Origin: a virus
Length of the DNA stretch: 64,000 nt
IMG/VR virus record: IMGVR_UViG_3300029908_000019
Location: 5,585 to 69,584 of that record
Direction: 5' to 3' (one strand)
Shown: positions 18,566-29,412 of the stretch, piece by piece
Position numbering within the stretch: the first letter of the stretch is position 1
Layout: each line of letters opens with the position of its first letter
Notes under the pieces: generated by a model
Databases searched by the model: none
What the model was told of the DNA's origin: nothing
Seen by the model: only the letters and a program-made list of their open reading frames with translations
Program-made: the position numbers and the translations under genes

Positions 18566-21500
18566 ATGAAATTTTCTAAGAAAGAAATTAAAGCTGCTGA
18601 CTGGGATAGTGCAATTTGCCCTACTTGTGGTGAGCGTGGTACTACCAATCTTTCTCCTGAAGAACAGAAAGCAAAGGGATGGGAATGTGCTGACTGTGCA
18701 AATAAAAGATTTAATGAATTAGAAAATACAGAAGAAATTGAAGAAGTTCCTCCCGTCCGAAATCCCCCCGTTCAAAATCCCTTTGTACAAAATTCTCTTC
18801 CAGAAGATCCTGGATCAAAAGAAATATCTAAATATGATAATGAATATATCTTTTTGGTTCGCCTAGTAAAACTTCTTGGTAAAGAAGCCCCTGAAGCTCT
18901 TCCTGAGATTAAGAAACTTTCCCTTGAACATCCTTTCAAAACTATTACAGATATTGAGTATCTTACTACTCAGATATGGAATCTTGCTGTCACCAAGTAT
19001 CAGATTCCACGAGAATGGCTTATTAAGAGTTTACCTGAGAAGAAAGGTAGTTTGAATAAGAAAGCTAATTCTGATAATTGTTCTGTGTGTGGTTTAGTAA
19101 TGTCACAGCGAGATGTGGATAATGGGGAAGATACTTGTGAAGATTGTTTAAAGAACCATAAAAAAGCAGATCTATGGCCAGCTCAAGAGGAAGCATCTGA
19201 GGGAACTTGCACACAGGCTCCTGGACAGATAGCCTACAATCCTGATCAAGAGAAAGATACCTCAGTAAGTGGCCCTAATCCTCAAGATGTAGCGAATGAA
19301 GATGCTTTATGGGATACAGTAGTCAAGGAATTCTTTACAGCTCACAAGAGATGGTCTGAAGTGGTTAAAACTATTCAACAAGCACATCCTGAAGTTACCA
19401 ATTCAGTAATTTTGTCACTTAAAGATCGAGTGAGAAAATCTCTTGACAATCAGATGGGGATAACTTCTTCTAGAAATAATGGTCACGGTCAAGTTCCCAG
19501 GAGTGAGGCTAAATTTAGAGTGAAACTCTTTGATGGAAGAGGCGTTCAATATTTTCCTAATGAAGAATTAGCCAATAAATATTATGAAATAGCATTAGAA
19601 GAAGATAAAGATCCCTCTAAACCAGAACCATTTACATATAAGAAACAAGCAAAACATCATCTCAATATGGATCAAGTAATTAAGATATTGGATTCTAAAG
19701 AAAATAAAATAGATCATGTAGATTTTACTGATAATACCTTAGAACTATTAGATCACACTATTCTTACCTTTGATGAGGCCACAACGAAGGCTATGGAAAT
19801 CGACAAAGAAAGTGTATTCTCAGGGGCAGAGTTCAGTACAGATGATGTTGGAGTTAATCCATCAATGGATGGTGGTCCATTTTCGAGTCCAGCCGACAGC
19901 GGGGCTACAGACCAAGTGCAGCCCTTTCCAAACACTAATTGGGTCCCCGCTGATGATGAGAATAAAGATGAACAGCCTTATTCAAATATAGCCTCTAATT
20001 TAAATAGACCATTTAGTAAGAAAGCCTATCACACTAATATTCTCTCTTGGGCTATGCATGATCCTCAAATTATTCAACATTTTAAAGATAGAGATTTAGA
20101 TATCAAAGATATTAAGAAGTATCTCCCGTATTTGAATATTAAATATTGGGATAAATCTTCCCCAGTTCCTACTAAAACAGGTGAAACTACTGTGGGACAA
20201 CTTGAATCAGAGAATCCTAGTTACAAGCTTGGCCAATCCATAAGAGCTTATTTTTATCCTCCAACAGGAGAAATTTTTATAAATCCTGCTCTTTCCTTAG
20301 AAGAGGTTCGTGGTACTTTAACGCATGAAATTGAACATGCTCTTCAGGATTCTGAGGGGATTCTTCCACATCATAATGAGTGGGAAAGTACTCCCTATGA
20401 TATCCGAACACATGAATGGGGTGCAGAACTCCCCGTTATTAGAAATTTAAAGAATAAAGGTTATTCTCTTGAGCAAGTTTATCAATATGAGGTTGACAAA
20501 ACCAATCAAGATCATAAAGATTTGGTTCCAATGACAATTGAGGATATGTCAGAAGGATCAAAAAATAAGTATGAACAGCTTTACGAGTTGGCTGATGAAG
20601 TAGAGCCAGCTTCTGTTGTTAGTAATTTGAATAAGAAAGCTAATCCTTCTACTCGTTATTGGATAGCTCCAGATGGAAAAGAATTTCCTGTTTCTGGTAT
20701 TCATCCTGTTTGGATTTCAGATAATGCAGCTATTCTTAAGAAGTATGGTATCGAGGTAAAGGGTAAAGCAACCTATGAGATCCATAAAGAAATGCTTGAT
20801 ACAGGTTGGTCACGAATTTCTAATGAGCGACGAAAGGATAGCAATGCATTTCAGATTGAGGTAGGTAATTTAGGAGCTATCCCCCCTTATGTAGATGATT
20901 TTATTGCCAAAAATTATACTCAGGGAGAAACTGTTTTGATTGGAGATGGAGTAAATAAAGGAGTTTTTGTTCAAGATCCATTCCCCTCAATTCAAAAAGC
21001 GGTTAATAAAGCTTTAAGGAATCCAGTTAATGCTTCTAAAAAGCAAGCTGCCATTAGTGGTCAGATTGTTAGAGATATCTTGGAAGTGATTGAATCTTCA
21101 GGAGGAATTACCTATAATATGCAGCAAGGTAATTTAGCTGGAACTCCAAATTATTCCGTTTCCGTGTATCCAGAAAGAGAAAAAATCGTTGATGGTGTTG
21201 CTGATTTTGATGATATTGAGAACTATATTGAGGCAAATGAAGATTTGTTAAGCCAATCAAGTAATTCCTTTGGCGTATGGAGCAATAATGGTCAGGTGTA
21301 TTATGATGTTGTAGTGACAATTCCTGACAGGGAAGAGGCACTTAAATTAGCACGAGATAACAATCAGTTAGCTATATGGGACTTAAAGAATTCTCAAGAG
21401 ATTCCTACTGGGGTGGTAAGAGCTTTTAGTAAGAATGATATTGTCAAGAAAGCTGAAATCCTAGAAATTAGTCTTCCTTATGTTGAGGGTCGTTCCCTTC

Positions 21501-21955
21501 CTGTTATTGTGAATCCTACTTATGGTGAAGCAATGGGGGCATTAAAGAGAACTGAGCATGGGCTTCGATATTTAGTAGATGATGACGATAATACATTTGT
21601 TTGGCCTTCTTGGAATGCTACACACGATGAAGTAGCTGAAAAATTGCGTGAGGATGGGTACAGGATATCTAATACGGATTCTGCTGGTATGCTAGATTCC
21701 GAAGTAGCTATTCAATATGTTATTGGTTCTTTAAACAAAAAAGCTAAGGAATCATTGCTTCCACAAGCACAGATGGATGAAATCGCTGCTAAATATAGCC
21801 CCATAATGAATATTGCATTAGCAGATTATGCAGATGCTGTCCGTAGAGGCCATGCAAAAGATAGAGCACTTTCCTATGCGGTGCAACAAGTATCCAACCT
21901 GGGTAAAGTTTCTGAAAAAGATCTTATCGAATGTGCCAATACTTATTTGGTTTGA
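18566..21955 (+). CDS. Polyvalent head-cargo-like protein with zincin (HExxH) and other modules
   Basis: 1129 aa; TLTHEIEHALQ metallopeptidase motif; modules delimited by LNKKA/KKQA. Confidence 0.65.
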   Translation: MKFSKKEIKAADWDSAICPTCGERGTTNLSPEEQKAKGWECADCANKRFNELENTEEIEEVPPVRNPPVQNPFVQNSLPEDPGSKEISKYDNEYIFLVRLVKLLGKEAPEALPEIKKLSLEHPFKTITDIEYLTTQIWNLAVTKYQIPREWLIKSLPEKKGSLNKKANSDNCSVCGLVMSQRDVDNGEDTCEDCLKNHKKADLWPAQEEASEGTCTQAPGQIAYNPDQEKDTSVSGPNPQDVANEDALWDTVVKEFFTAHKRWSEVVKTIQQAHPEVTNSVILSLKDRVRKSLDNQMGITSSRNNGHGQVPRSEAKFRVKLFDGRGVQYFPNEELANKYYEIALEEDKDPSKPEPFTYKKQAKHHLNMDQVIKILDSKENKIDHVDFTDNTLELLDHTILTFDEATTKAMEIDKESVFSGAEFSTDDVGVNPSMDGGPFSSPADSGATDQVQPFPNTNWVPADDENKDEQPYSNIASNLNRPFSKKAYHTNILSWAMHDPQIIQHFKDRDLDIKDIKKYLPYLNIKYWDKSSPVPTKTGETTVGQLESENPSYKLGQSIRAYFYPPTGEIFINPALSLEEVRGTLTHEIEHALQDSEGILPHHNEWESTPYDIRTHEWGAELPVIRNLKNKGYSLEQVYQYEVDKTNQDHKDLVPMTIEDMSEGSKNKYEQLYELADEVEPASVVSNLNKKANPSTRYWIAPDGKEFPVSGIHPVWISDNAAILKKYGIEVKGKATYEIHKEMLDTGWSRISNERRKDSNAFQIEVGNLGAIPPYVDDFIAKNYTQGETVLIGDGVNKGVFVQDPFPSIQKAVNKALRNPVNASKKQAAISGQIVRDILEVIESSGGITYNMQQGNLAGTPNYSVSVYPEREKIVDGVADFDDIENYIEANEDLLSQSSNSFGVWSNNGQVYYDVVVTIPDREEALKLARDNNQLAIWDLKNSQEIPTGVVRAFSKNDIVKKAEILEISLPYVEGRSLPVIVNPTYGEAMGALKRTEHGLRYLVDDDDNTFVWPSWNATHDEVAEKLREDGYRISNTDSAGMLDSEVAIQYVIGSLNKKAKESLLPQAQMDEIAAKYSPIMNIALADYADAVRRGHAKDRALSYAVQQVSNLGKVSEKDLIECANTYLV

Positions 21956-21967
21956 TTTATTTACTAG

Positions 21968-21996
21968 TTGACAAGAACAGATAAATGTGTTATACT
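21968..21996 (+). promoter_or_regulatory. Sigma70-type promoter
   Basis: TTGACA-17 nt-TATACT upstream of the M50 peptidase gene. Confidence 0.8.
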
Positions 21997-22018
21997 GTAA
22001 GAGAAGAAAAGGAGTGAC

Positions 22019-22762
22019 ATGCTAAATATTTTAATAGCAATTCTAGCTCTTGGTGTATTGATTGGTATTCATGAATTGTCGCATATGTTCACTGCCAAAG
22101 CTTTTGGTGTTAAGGTTTTAAAGTTTTCCTTTGGCTTTGGTACACGACTTCTTCATAGACAGATTGGTGAAACCTCTTATGAATTAAGACTTCTCCCATT
22201 AGGGGGATATGTACAATTCAAAGGAGAGAACCCAGAGATTAAAGAAGATGGTGGTTTCTTTTCTTTGGTATGGTATAAGCGAGTTCTCGTTGCATTGGCA
22301 GGTCCAACAGCCAATCTCATTTTAGGATTTTTGATTATCTGGGTTCTCTTTCTTCTGAAAGATTATCCAATCATAGAAGCCATTAGGCGAACATTTTCCA
22401 TCTCATCTATGGTAGTCGTTGGGACTATTAAATACATGGGTGGATTTTTTGTTGCCAAGTCCCATGTCTCTGATATGTCTGGTCCTATTGCTATTACGAG
22501 AGTGATGGCATCGTCGTTAAAAGAAAATTTATTTCAGTTCTTTTTTATTCTGTCAGTTATTTCTTTAAGTTTAGGATTATTTAATTTTATTCCACTCCCG
22601 GCTCTCGACGGTGGCCATGCACTTTTGTACACCATAGAAGGATTACGAAAGAAACCATTTACAACCAGGGTCTATGAAATTTGGGGCTACATTGGATTCT
22701 TCCTTTTAGCAATGTTAATGGTTCTCGTAGTGTATTTGGATATTTCTAAGTTGCTTCATTAA
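22019..22762 (+). CDS. Site-2 (M50, RseP-like) intramembrane metalloprotease without PDZ
   Basis: IHELSH, FSFGFG, LPLGGYV, AGPTAN and NFIPLPALDGG motifs. Confidence 0.9.
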   Translation: MLNILIAILALGVLIGIHELSHMFTAKAFGVKVLKFSFGFGTRLLHRQIGETSYELRLLPLGGYVQFKGENPEIKEDGGFFSLVWYKRVLVALAGPTANLILGFLIIWVLFLLKDYPIIEAIRRTFSISSMVVVGTIKYMGGFFVAKSHVSDMSGPIAITRVMASSLKENLFQFFFILSVISLSLGLFNFIPLPALDGGHALLYTIEGLRKKPFTTRVYEIWGYIGFFLLAMLMVLVVYLDISKLLH

Positions 22763-22780
22763 GAAAAGAAAGGAGTTCTA

Positions 22781-23470
22781 ATGGGAAATCCAGCTGAAAA
22801 GATTGATCAGACCCTTCTTCGTCCCGATTCAATTTTTGGAGATTACACAGTGGCGGTGAGAAGTTGCGTTCAAAAATCGTTCAAAACCATTTGCATTAAT
22901 CCTTTTTTTGTTCCATTGGTAAGTAATCTTTTAAAGAATCATCCAACATGCCCAACGGTCATCACTTCCGTTGTAAGTTTCCCATTCGGTTTGGATGAGA
23001 TCGAATCTAAGTGTGATGAAGCGAGGCATGTATTAGAACATGGGGCAAAAGAAATTGATCTCGTCGCTAATTTGTCTGCAATCAAGTCACATGATTTTAA
23101 ACGATTCCAGGACGAGATACATGCAGTACGAGAAGAAACACAATCTTATATTTTAAAAGTCATACTTGAGGTTGGAGTTCTCCAAGACGATGAAATTAAA
23201 TGGGCCACAGATTGCTTGGTAAGAGAAAATGTAGATTTTGCAAAAACGAGTACGGGCATCAATTGCAAATTGGAACCAGCTAAAACTGCCTATTATGTTA
23301 AACTTCTTAAGGATCATTTGGTAGGATCTGGTGTACTTGTAAAAGCAAGTGGAGGAATAAAAACTTTAAAAGATTTCGATCTAATGATTAGCGCAGGTGC
23401 TGATAGAATAGGAACGTCAAGCGGTGTAGAGATTGTTAATGAATATTATGAAAGAGGAGATAAGGTATGA
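22781..23470 (+). CDS. deoC: Deoxyribose-phosphate aldolase
   Basis: IDQTLL, SFPFG, GAKEIDLV, LKVILE, FAKTSTG, VKASGGI, GADRIGTS. Confidence 0.93.
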   Translation: MGNPAEKIDQTLLRPDSIFGDYTVAVRSCVQKSFKTICINPFFVPLVSNLLKNHPTCPTVITSVVSFPFGLDEIESKCDEARHVLEHGAKEIDLVANLSAIKSHDFKRFQDEIHAVREETQSYILKVILEVGVLQDDEIKWATDCLVRENVDFAKTSTGINCKLEPAKTAYYVKLLKDHLVGSGVLVKASGGIKTLKDFDLMISAGADRIGTSSGVEIVNEYYERGDKV

Positions 23471-23844
23471 ATAATCTTGAAAATGCTGAATTTGGTATCG
23501 TGAATAATGGTGATCAGGCTGAATTAGTCCCTGTTATATTAAAGGATCATAGTAAAGATCCAGTAATTGTACCTGAAGTTAAGGTAGAGGCTCCAGTTAT
23601 TGAGAAGAAAAAGCGTGGAAGACCTAAGAAAGTTGTTACAGAAGAAGTAAAACCTCTCAAAGAGTGGTATTGCTCTACGTGCCGCGAAAATATCTCTGAT
23701 AAAAATGTTATGCGTATTGGGGCTGGGGACAATGGCCGTTGCGCGGTCTTCTGTCCTCAGTGTACACGCTCGTTTGGTTTTGAAGATCAGGAATTACATG
23801 ATCGAGTTGCTAAGTTAGTACGGGATAATCCCACTGGTAAATAA
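23467..23844 (+). CDS. AT-hook-like plus zinc-ribbon protein
   Basis: KKRGRPKK followed by CSTC...CPQC. Confidence 0.55.
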   Translation: MNNLENAEFGIVNNGDQAELVPVILKDHSKDPVIVPEVKVEAPVIEKKKRGRPKKVVTEEVKPLKEWYCSTCRENISDKNVMRIGAGDNGRCAVFCPQCTRSFGFEDQELHDRVAKLVRDNPTGK

Positions 23845-24243
23845 TGAAACAGATTTGTAAGCATTGCCATGAGGTTTTAAGAGGCCAAAAAGGACCTATG
23901 TGGAAGTCTACCAGGATGAGTCGTGAAGGCTACTTTTATGTTTGTCCCGATATTCCAGATGGTGATCATGCCCCAATGTCCAATCTAGAGTATTTAGAAT
24001 ATAAATATGAAGAAGAAAAACAAAGTATCTAATTTCCCATGTGTTTGTGGTCATGGTAGAAGACTACATAGTTCAGCCCCCCTTTATATTGATGGGGAAT
24101 GGTGCGATGGAAGGAATAAAAAAGTTAGATCTGATTTAACAAAGGCAACATATTTTAAATATGGCTTATGTGATTGCGAGAATTATAGACCAGATAATAT
24201 TAAGTTTTTAGAGCAAAGGGCCAGAAAAGAGGATAAAAAATGA
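23844..24243 (+). CDS. Two DNLEYLE-tag family genes (23844-24032, 24007-24243)
   Basis: C-termini MSNLEYLEYKYE and RPDNIKFLEQ. Confidence 0.75.
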
Positions 24244-24483
24244 CAACTATTTCTGAGGGTAAAAAAGTGCTAAAACTTACAGAAAAAAGATACCTCTGCC
24301 CCATTTGTAATCGTAATAGCGAATTTGAGATTGTTGCTGTGCATGAAGGTTCTCAATACTATCTTTTTGAACGTTGCCCGAAGTGCAAGAAGCACGTTGA
24401 GGACATTCGTCCTTGTCCTTATAGATTGGCCGCTGAACATCTGCCAGCCAAAGAAACAAACTAATTAGTAGTTCTATAAATCT

Positions 24484-27400
24484 ATGAAAAAAATTTCCTC
24501 ATTATTGGATTATAGCTTTCCCGGTTTGCCAGTTGATATGTGGCAAGCTGATGGTATTCTATTCCCCTATTTAAAAGATTTTATTTTAAGACTCTTAAAC
24601 AGTTGTTATGAAAATTATCAGTTAAAGAATCCAGAATTATGGGTTAAAGATGTCACAATTATTGGGTCAACTACAACGACTAAATATATAAAAACCTCAG
24701 ATGTGGATGTGCACGTCATAGTTGATTTAGATCAATTTATTAATACAAATATGCCCAATGCCTCTAAAGAAGAAGCCTTAGAGAAACTTGATCAAACTCG
24801 TAAGGAATTTGATAGGGCTAAGATAATTCTTCCCCTAACTGAAAGACCCGCAGAGTTTTTCTTTGAATCAGATTTAAATCCATCAAATACCGAGTTGGTT
24901 GGTAGGTATTCCCTTCTTCAAGATAAATGGGTAAAAGCTCCAATCTATTTTGCCCAAGATGATGATTTTGAGGAATCTCGCAAAAATGCTGTAGAAGGGG
25001 CTAAAGAACTTGCCAATGAGTTAGATGCTTCCTTTGGGGAGATAGGCCGTCAGATTCAAAGGATTGACGAGTTAAAAGAGGTTCTACAGGCTTGGCCAGA
25101 AGAAAAAAGGCAACTTTACTATGATAAAATAGAGAAAAAACTAGATATTATTGAAGAAGAGATTGAAAAATCAGTACAAATTAAGCAGGATCTTGTTGAT
25201 GAAAGGCATGAAAAACAGGATGCCCTATCAGATAATGAAATAAAATTTAAATTTTTGTCTAGGTTCCATTATTTTGCTACCCTACAGTATCTTAAATCTG
25301 TATTAGAACAAACTGGAGGAGAAGTGTCGACAACTGAACTTCCTTTGATTGAGAAGATTATTAGTGAGGGGGCATTGCAATCTGACTTTGATTCTTGGTT
25401 TGCTGGATCTAAAGTAGTAGATAGCAATGGTAAACCCCTCCTCTGTCACCATGAAACTAATGTGAATTTTAAGAAAGTAAATCCTAAGAAAACAACTATG
25501 GGAATTTTCTGGTTCACCACAGATAGAGGTTCTATTGATCGTGGTGAGACAGGTGCTGCAGGTCATGGGATGGTCAAAGATTTCTATGTCTCTATGAAGA
25601 ATCCTGCTGGTTGGGAAGAGTATGAGAAGCTTCTACTTGTGCAGCTTAAATCACAAGGATATGATGGGGCACTCCTTCCAAAGGGTGATGGAACCTATGA
25701 TGGATTTGTGTTTGATAATAGTCAGATTTGGTGGGTTACTCCAAAGAAAACTTCCTCATTAAATAAGCAAGCAGATGTTGTAGAAATTTCTACAACATAT
25801 AGCCGTGGAGAATTTCCAGTTTTAATTGATCCAACAGAAGATGAAGAATTAGAACTGATTAAAAAATCTGAATATGACGAATTACGCTATTTAGAGGGGG
25901 CCAACGGTAATAGGTATGTTTGGGATGCCTATCGTAGCACTCATGCTGAAGTTGCAAGGGAGTTACATTATCGCGGATTTGATGTTGATGAAAATTCCGT
26001 TAGGGGCACCCTTTCTGAAGATAGGGGATTGACATGGCCAGAAGAAGAAGAAGTAGAAGCAGTCTCTTCGTTAAAACAAGCTTTCCTAAAAGAAGCCTTT
26101 GAAGAGCCTAAAGAAGCTGAAACTGATATCTGTATCGATCTGGACAAAACAATCGCACAGGATGCCACTTTCCCTGCCATTGGTGAGCCTATAGAAGGAG
26201 CTAAGGAATCATTAGCTAAATTGCAGGAGATGGGTTATAACATTGTCATATACTCCTGTAGAGCAGACTCAGAAGACGGACTTGAGTTTGTTCGTGAGTG
26301 GCTTGATAAGCATGAAATTCCTTATGATTCTATTTTTGAAGGGGAAAAGCCCTTCTCTAAATATTTTATTGATGACAAGGCTATTCACTTTGATTCTTGG
26401 AAAAATGTATTAAAGCAGGTTGAGAAATCTGATAAGACAGCTTCTTTGCATATTGTAGCTATGGATGCTTATTATCATGGTGGATCAGGTGCTTCTGTTA
26501 GACAGATGGCTAAAGATGGCTATGTAATGGCTCCTTTGGAAACAGGTAAAGCCCATCAATCCCCATTAGCTGGGCGAGCCTATCTTACTAAAGATTTAGG
26601 CTATGCCCTTATTTATGCTCTTGGTGCAGATATGGTAGGATATCAGGGAGCAGATGCAAATTATGGTTCTGGTGATGCAGAAGGTGGAATTGTTCTTGTT
26701 GCCCCTAATGAAGATGCTCTAATTCCTGATGAAGATTGGTTGGGGGAACAGCTTACTTCAGGTTATATGGGAGATTCAAATCCTACTTATGAGAAATTGC
26801 AACATCAGCAAGCATTAGCTCCAGTGTTTAATAATCTTAAGAAGCATAATCCAAGAGATTCAAGGCTTTATGAAATGGCTTATCAATCTATGCTAGGTAA
26901 GATGGCCATTAGAATTTTAATGAAATATGATCCCACTTATCTTAAAGAGTTAGCTAAAGAATCTCATAGCATGTCACATGAAGGTAATTTGAAAGTGCTA
27001 CAAGCTTGGGTATTTGATAAAGTAAGAGACAATCCTAAATTGAAAAAGGATGGATCTAACTTCTTTCAGATAGCTCAAGAGATACCTGTTACTAAAACTG
27101 CTTCATTAAAACAGGCAGCATTAGCTACAAAATATTGGCTTGATCCCCAAGGTAGAGCATTTGTATTAGATCGTAAGGAATCTCATCCCTCTTGGATAAT
27201 GGAGAATTTGGCTGAACTTTCTAGAAATTATGGTATTGATGTATCATCTAAGTATACACAAAAAATAGCTAATGAAATGTTTCAGCAAGGATGGGTAAGA
27301 GTAACATCTGGACAGGAAACTTCTGACAGTTCAGATTTTGCCATTGAGGTAGCTGATATTACAAATATACCTCCTTATATTGATAATTTTATAGCTCAGA

Positions 27401-29412
27401 AATATTCTGGTAGTAATGGAATTGAGGTATCTGATTTAAAGAATGATTATGTCAAGGTGGATGACCCATTTCCATACATTCAGGATCAAGTTAACAAATC
27501 TTTAAGACAACCTATGCAAGCTTCTAGATCCTTTTCAAAGAAAGAAATTGAATCAGCTTATAATCCCTATAGTGATCCTAAGCTTAAAGAGGGTCCTGCT
27601 TATGCTGTTTATATTGGGGCACAAGAAGTTCCTGGAAGGGAACCCGTTAAACTTTATAATATTTTTGGGGAATCTCCAAGGTTTGGATCTACTGTGTCTG
27701 AACAAACTTTAAAAGAATTAAATATTCCAATAAAACAGGAGAAACAAGCTTCAGTTGTAGAGGCTTACCTACTTGGCCCTAATGGGGAAATTATTCCTGT
27801 AGAAGATTACATGGATCACACAGATGCTGCTTTTAAGAAATTGGGTAAATCCCTGGAAGATCTTTTGAAAGAAGGTTGGGCAACACTTCGAGCCATGGGT
27901 AGCAACTTGGCTTTCTTTAAAGTAGAATCATTACAGAATGTTCCTCCAGCAATTGATAATTATTTAGCAAGTCATAAATTTAATAAAATTGAAGTTGGTT
28001 CGTATTATGGAGCCTTACTATCTAAACCCCCAGAAGTTAGCTATGAGGATGCTATTGAACAAGGTATTCAGAAGGCTATAAATAAAAAAATGGTTGAAAT
28101 GCAAATGAGTAACATGCCTAAGACAGCTGAACAAAAATCAGATAATATTGAATATGCTTGTGTCATGGCTGATATTCCTAAAGAGATTTCTCAAGAGATA
28201 GTGGAATGGGGAGTAAGACAGATAAATGACTCCGATCTATATACTGAAAATAATCTGGGCAGGGAATTGGACAGCCATATAACTATTAAGTATGGAATCA
28301 TTTCAGATGATGTAAAACAAGTAGAGAAACTATTTAAAGGTATAAAACAATTTAAAGCAACTCTGGGAGACGTAAAGCACTTTTCTCCAGAGGGGCGAGA
28401 GTTTGACGTTCTGACTGTTTCAGTAGAGAGCAAAGATTTATCTGATATGAACGGGAAGATTACTAAAGAGCTTAAGTGTGCTACGGGGCTCCCCTCTGAT
28501 GAATATCATCCTCATATCACGATTGCTTATATTAAGAAGGGAAAATGTAAGGATCTCTATGGGAATAAAGAGTTTGTAGGTAAAGAGATTACAATTGATA
28601 GTGTAGAGTTCTCTCCCGTAGAAGGGGATAAAACTACAATTGAATTAGGTAATAAGAAAGAAGCAGCCTATCGTGGTAATATGGATTGTTGGCTTGCTCC
28701 TGATGGAAAAGAATATAGTGTCACAAGATCTCATACAGCATGGGTAGTAGATGAAGCCAACCTACTCAAACAACAATATGGTCTTATATTACCCGCTGAA
28801 GGATCTCCTGAAGATGATAATTTGATTGCTTGGTTGTTGTCTAAAGGATGGGTAAGAGTATCAGGTGTATTACCTACAGAATTAGATTTGTTGATTCAGG
28901 ATATTAATAATATTCCACAAGTAGCAGAACAATTTGTTTGGAAATATAAACCTGAAATGGTTATTGTAGAAGATTTACAAGGTAATGATACTTCATTTGA
29001 TAGGGAAGAATATTCTAAGGGGATGATGAAGAAAGCTTCTGGTAATAACTTCTTACCCAGTTTAGTACAGGCACCAAATAATGAATGGCAGTTCCAGCAT
29101 GGTGGAGATGATCAGGAAATTCCAGTAGACCCTGATAGTCAATCTGATCAAGAAACACTTTATGAGCCATGTACTACTGGGAAACCCCGTTCAGCTGACT
29201 GTTGGAGGCAATTTCTGAGCATCTTTAAACAGCCTTTGAGTAAAAAAGAGAATATGACCATAGAGGCTGGTGAAGCTGAAGAATGGGATAGTCATTACGG
29301 AGATATCTGGCATGTGGGGGATAAGGTTAAGGATAAGATAACAGGCAAGATTGGTATAATTAAGTCTATAAATGGTACTGAAGTAGAATTAGAGGAAGTT
29401 GGTCATGACTAA
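24484..29412 (+). CDS. Polyvalent protein: Pol-beta NTase, ART-like x2, HAD phosphatase, 2H phosphoesterase and repeated novel modules
   Basis: IIGS...SDVDVHV; FDSWFAGSKVVD.NGKPL; ICIDLDKTI...IDDKA; YYHGGS...AYLT; HITI x2. Confidence 0.75.
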   Translation: MKKISSLLDYSFPGLPVDMWQADGILFPYLKDFILRLLNSCYENYQLKNPELWVKDVTIIGSTTTTKYIKTSDVDVHVIVDLDQFINTNMPNASKEEALEKLDQTRKEFDRAKIILPLTERPAEFFFESDLNPSNTELVGRYSLLQDKWVKAPIYFAQDDDFEESRKNAVEGAKELANELDASFGEIGRQIQRIDELKEVLQAWPEEKRQLYYDKIEKKLDIIEEEIEKSVQIKQDLVDERHEKQDALSDNEIKFKFLSRFHYFATLQYLKSVLEQTGGEVSTTELPLIEKIISEGALQSDFDSWFAGSKVVDSNGKPLLCHHETNVNFKKVNPKKTTMGIFWFTTDRGSIDRGETGAAGHGMVKDFYVSMKNPAGWEEYEKLLLVQLKSQGYDGALLPKGDGTYDGFVFDNSQIWWVTPKKTSSLNKQADVVEISTTYSRGEFPVLIDPTEDEELELIKKSEYDELRYLEGANGNRYVWDAYRSTHAEVARELHYRGFDVDENSVRGTLSEDRGLTWPEEEEVEAVSSLKQAFLKEAFEEPKEAETDICIDLDKTIAQDATFPAIGEPIEGAKESLAKLQEMGYNIVIYSCRADSEDGLEFVREWLDKHEIPYDSIFEGEKPFSKYFIDDKAIHFDSWKNVLKQVEKSDKTASLHIVAMDAYYHGGSGASVRQMAKDGYVMAPLETGKAHQSPLAGRAYLTKDLGYALIYALGADMVGYQGADANYGSGDAEGGIVLVAPNEDALIPDEDWLGEQLTSGYMGDSNPTYEKLQHQQALAPVFNNLKKHNPRDSRLYEMAYQSMLGKMAIRILMKYDPTYLKELAKESHSMSHEGNLKVLQAWVFDKVRDNPKLKKDGSNFFQIAQEIPVTKTASLKQAALATKYWLDPQGRAFVLDRKESHPSWIMENLAELSRNYGIDVSSKYTQKIANEMFQQGWVRVTSGQETSDSSDFAIEVADITNIPPYIDNFIAQKYSGSNGIEVSDLKNDYVKVDDPFPYIQDQVNKSLRQPMQASRSFSKKEIESAYNPYSDPKLKEGPAYAVYIGAQEVPGREPVKLYNIFGESPRFGSTVSEQTLKELNIPIKQEKQASVVEAYLLGPNGEIIPVEDYMDHTDAAFKKLGKSLEDLLKEGWATLRAMGSNLAFFKVESLQNVPPAIDNYLASHKFNKIEVGSYYGALLSKPPEVSYEDAIEQGIQKAINKKMVEMQMSNMPKTAEQKSDNIEYACVMADIPKEISQEIVEWGVRQINDSDLYTENNLGRELDSHITIKYGIISDDVKQVEKLFKGIKQFKATLGDVKHFSPEGREFDVLTVSVESKDLSDMNGKITKELKCATGLPSDEYHPHITIAYIKKGKCKDLYGNKEFVGKEITIDSVEFSPVEGDKTTIELGNKKEAAYRGNMDCWLAPDGKEYSVTRSHTAWVVDEANLLKQQYGLILPAEGSPEDDNLIAWLLSKGWVRVSGVLPTELDLLIQDINNIPQVAEQFVWKYKPEMVIVEDLQGNDTSFDREEYSKGMMKKASGNNFLPSLVQAPNNEWQFQHGGDDQEIPVDPDSQSDQETLYEPCTTGKPRSADCWRQFLSIFKQPLSKKENMTIEAGEAEEWDSHYGDIWHVGDKVKDKITGKIGIIKSINGTEVELEEVGHD

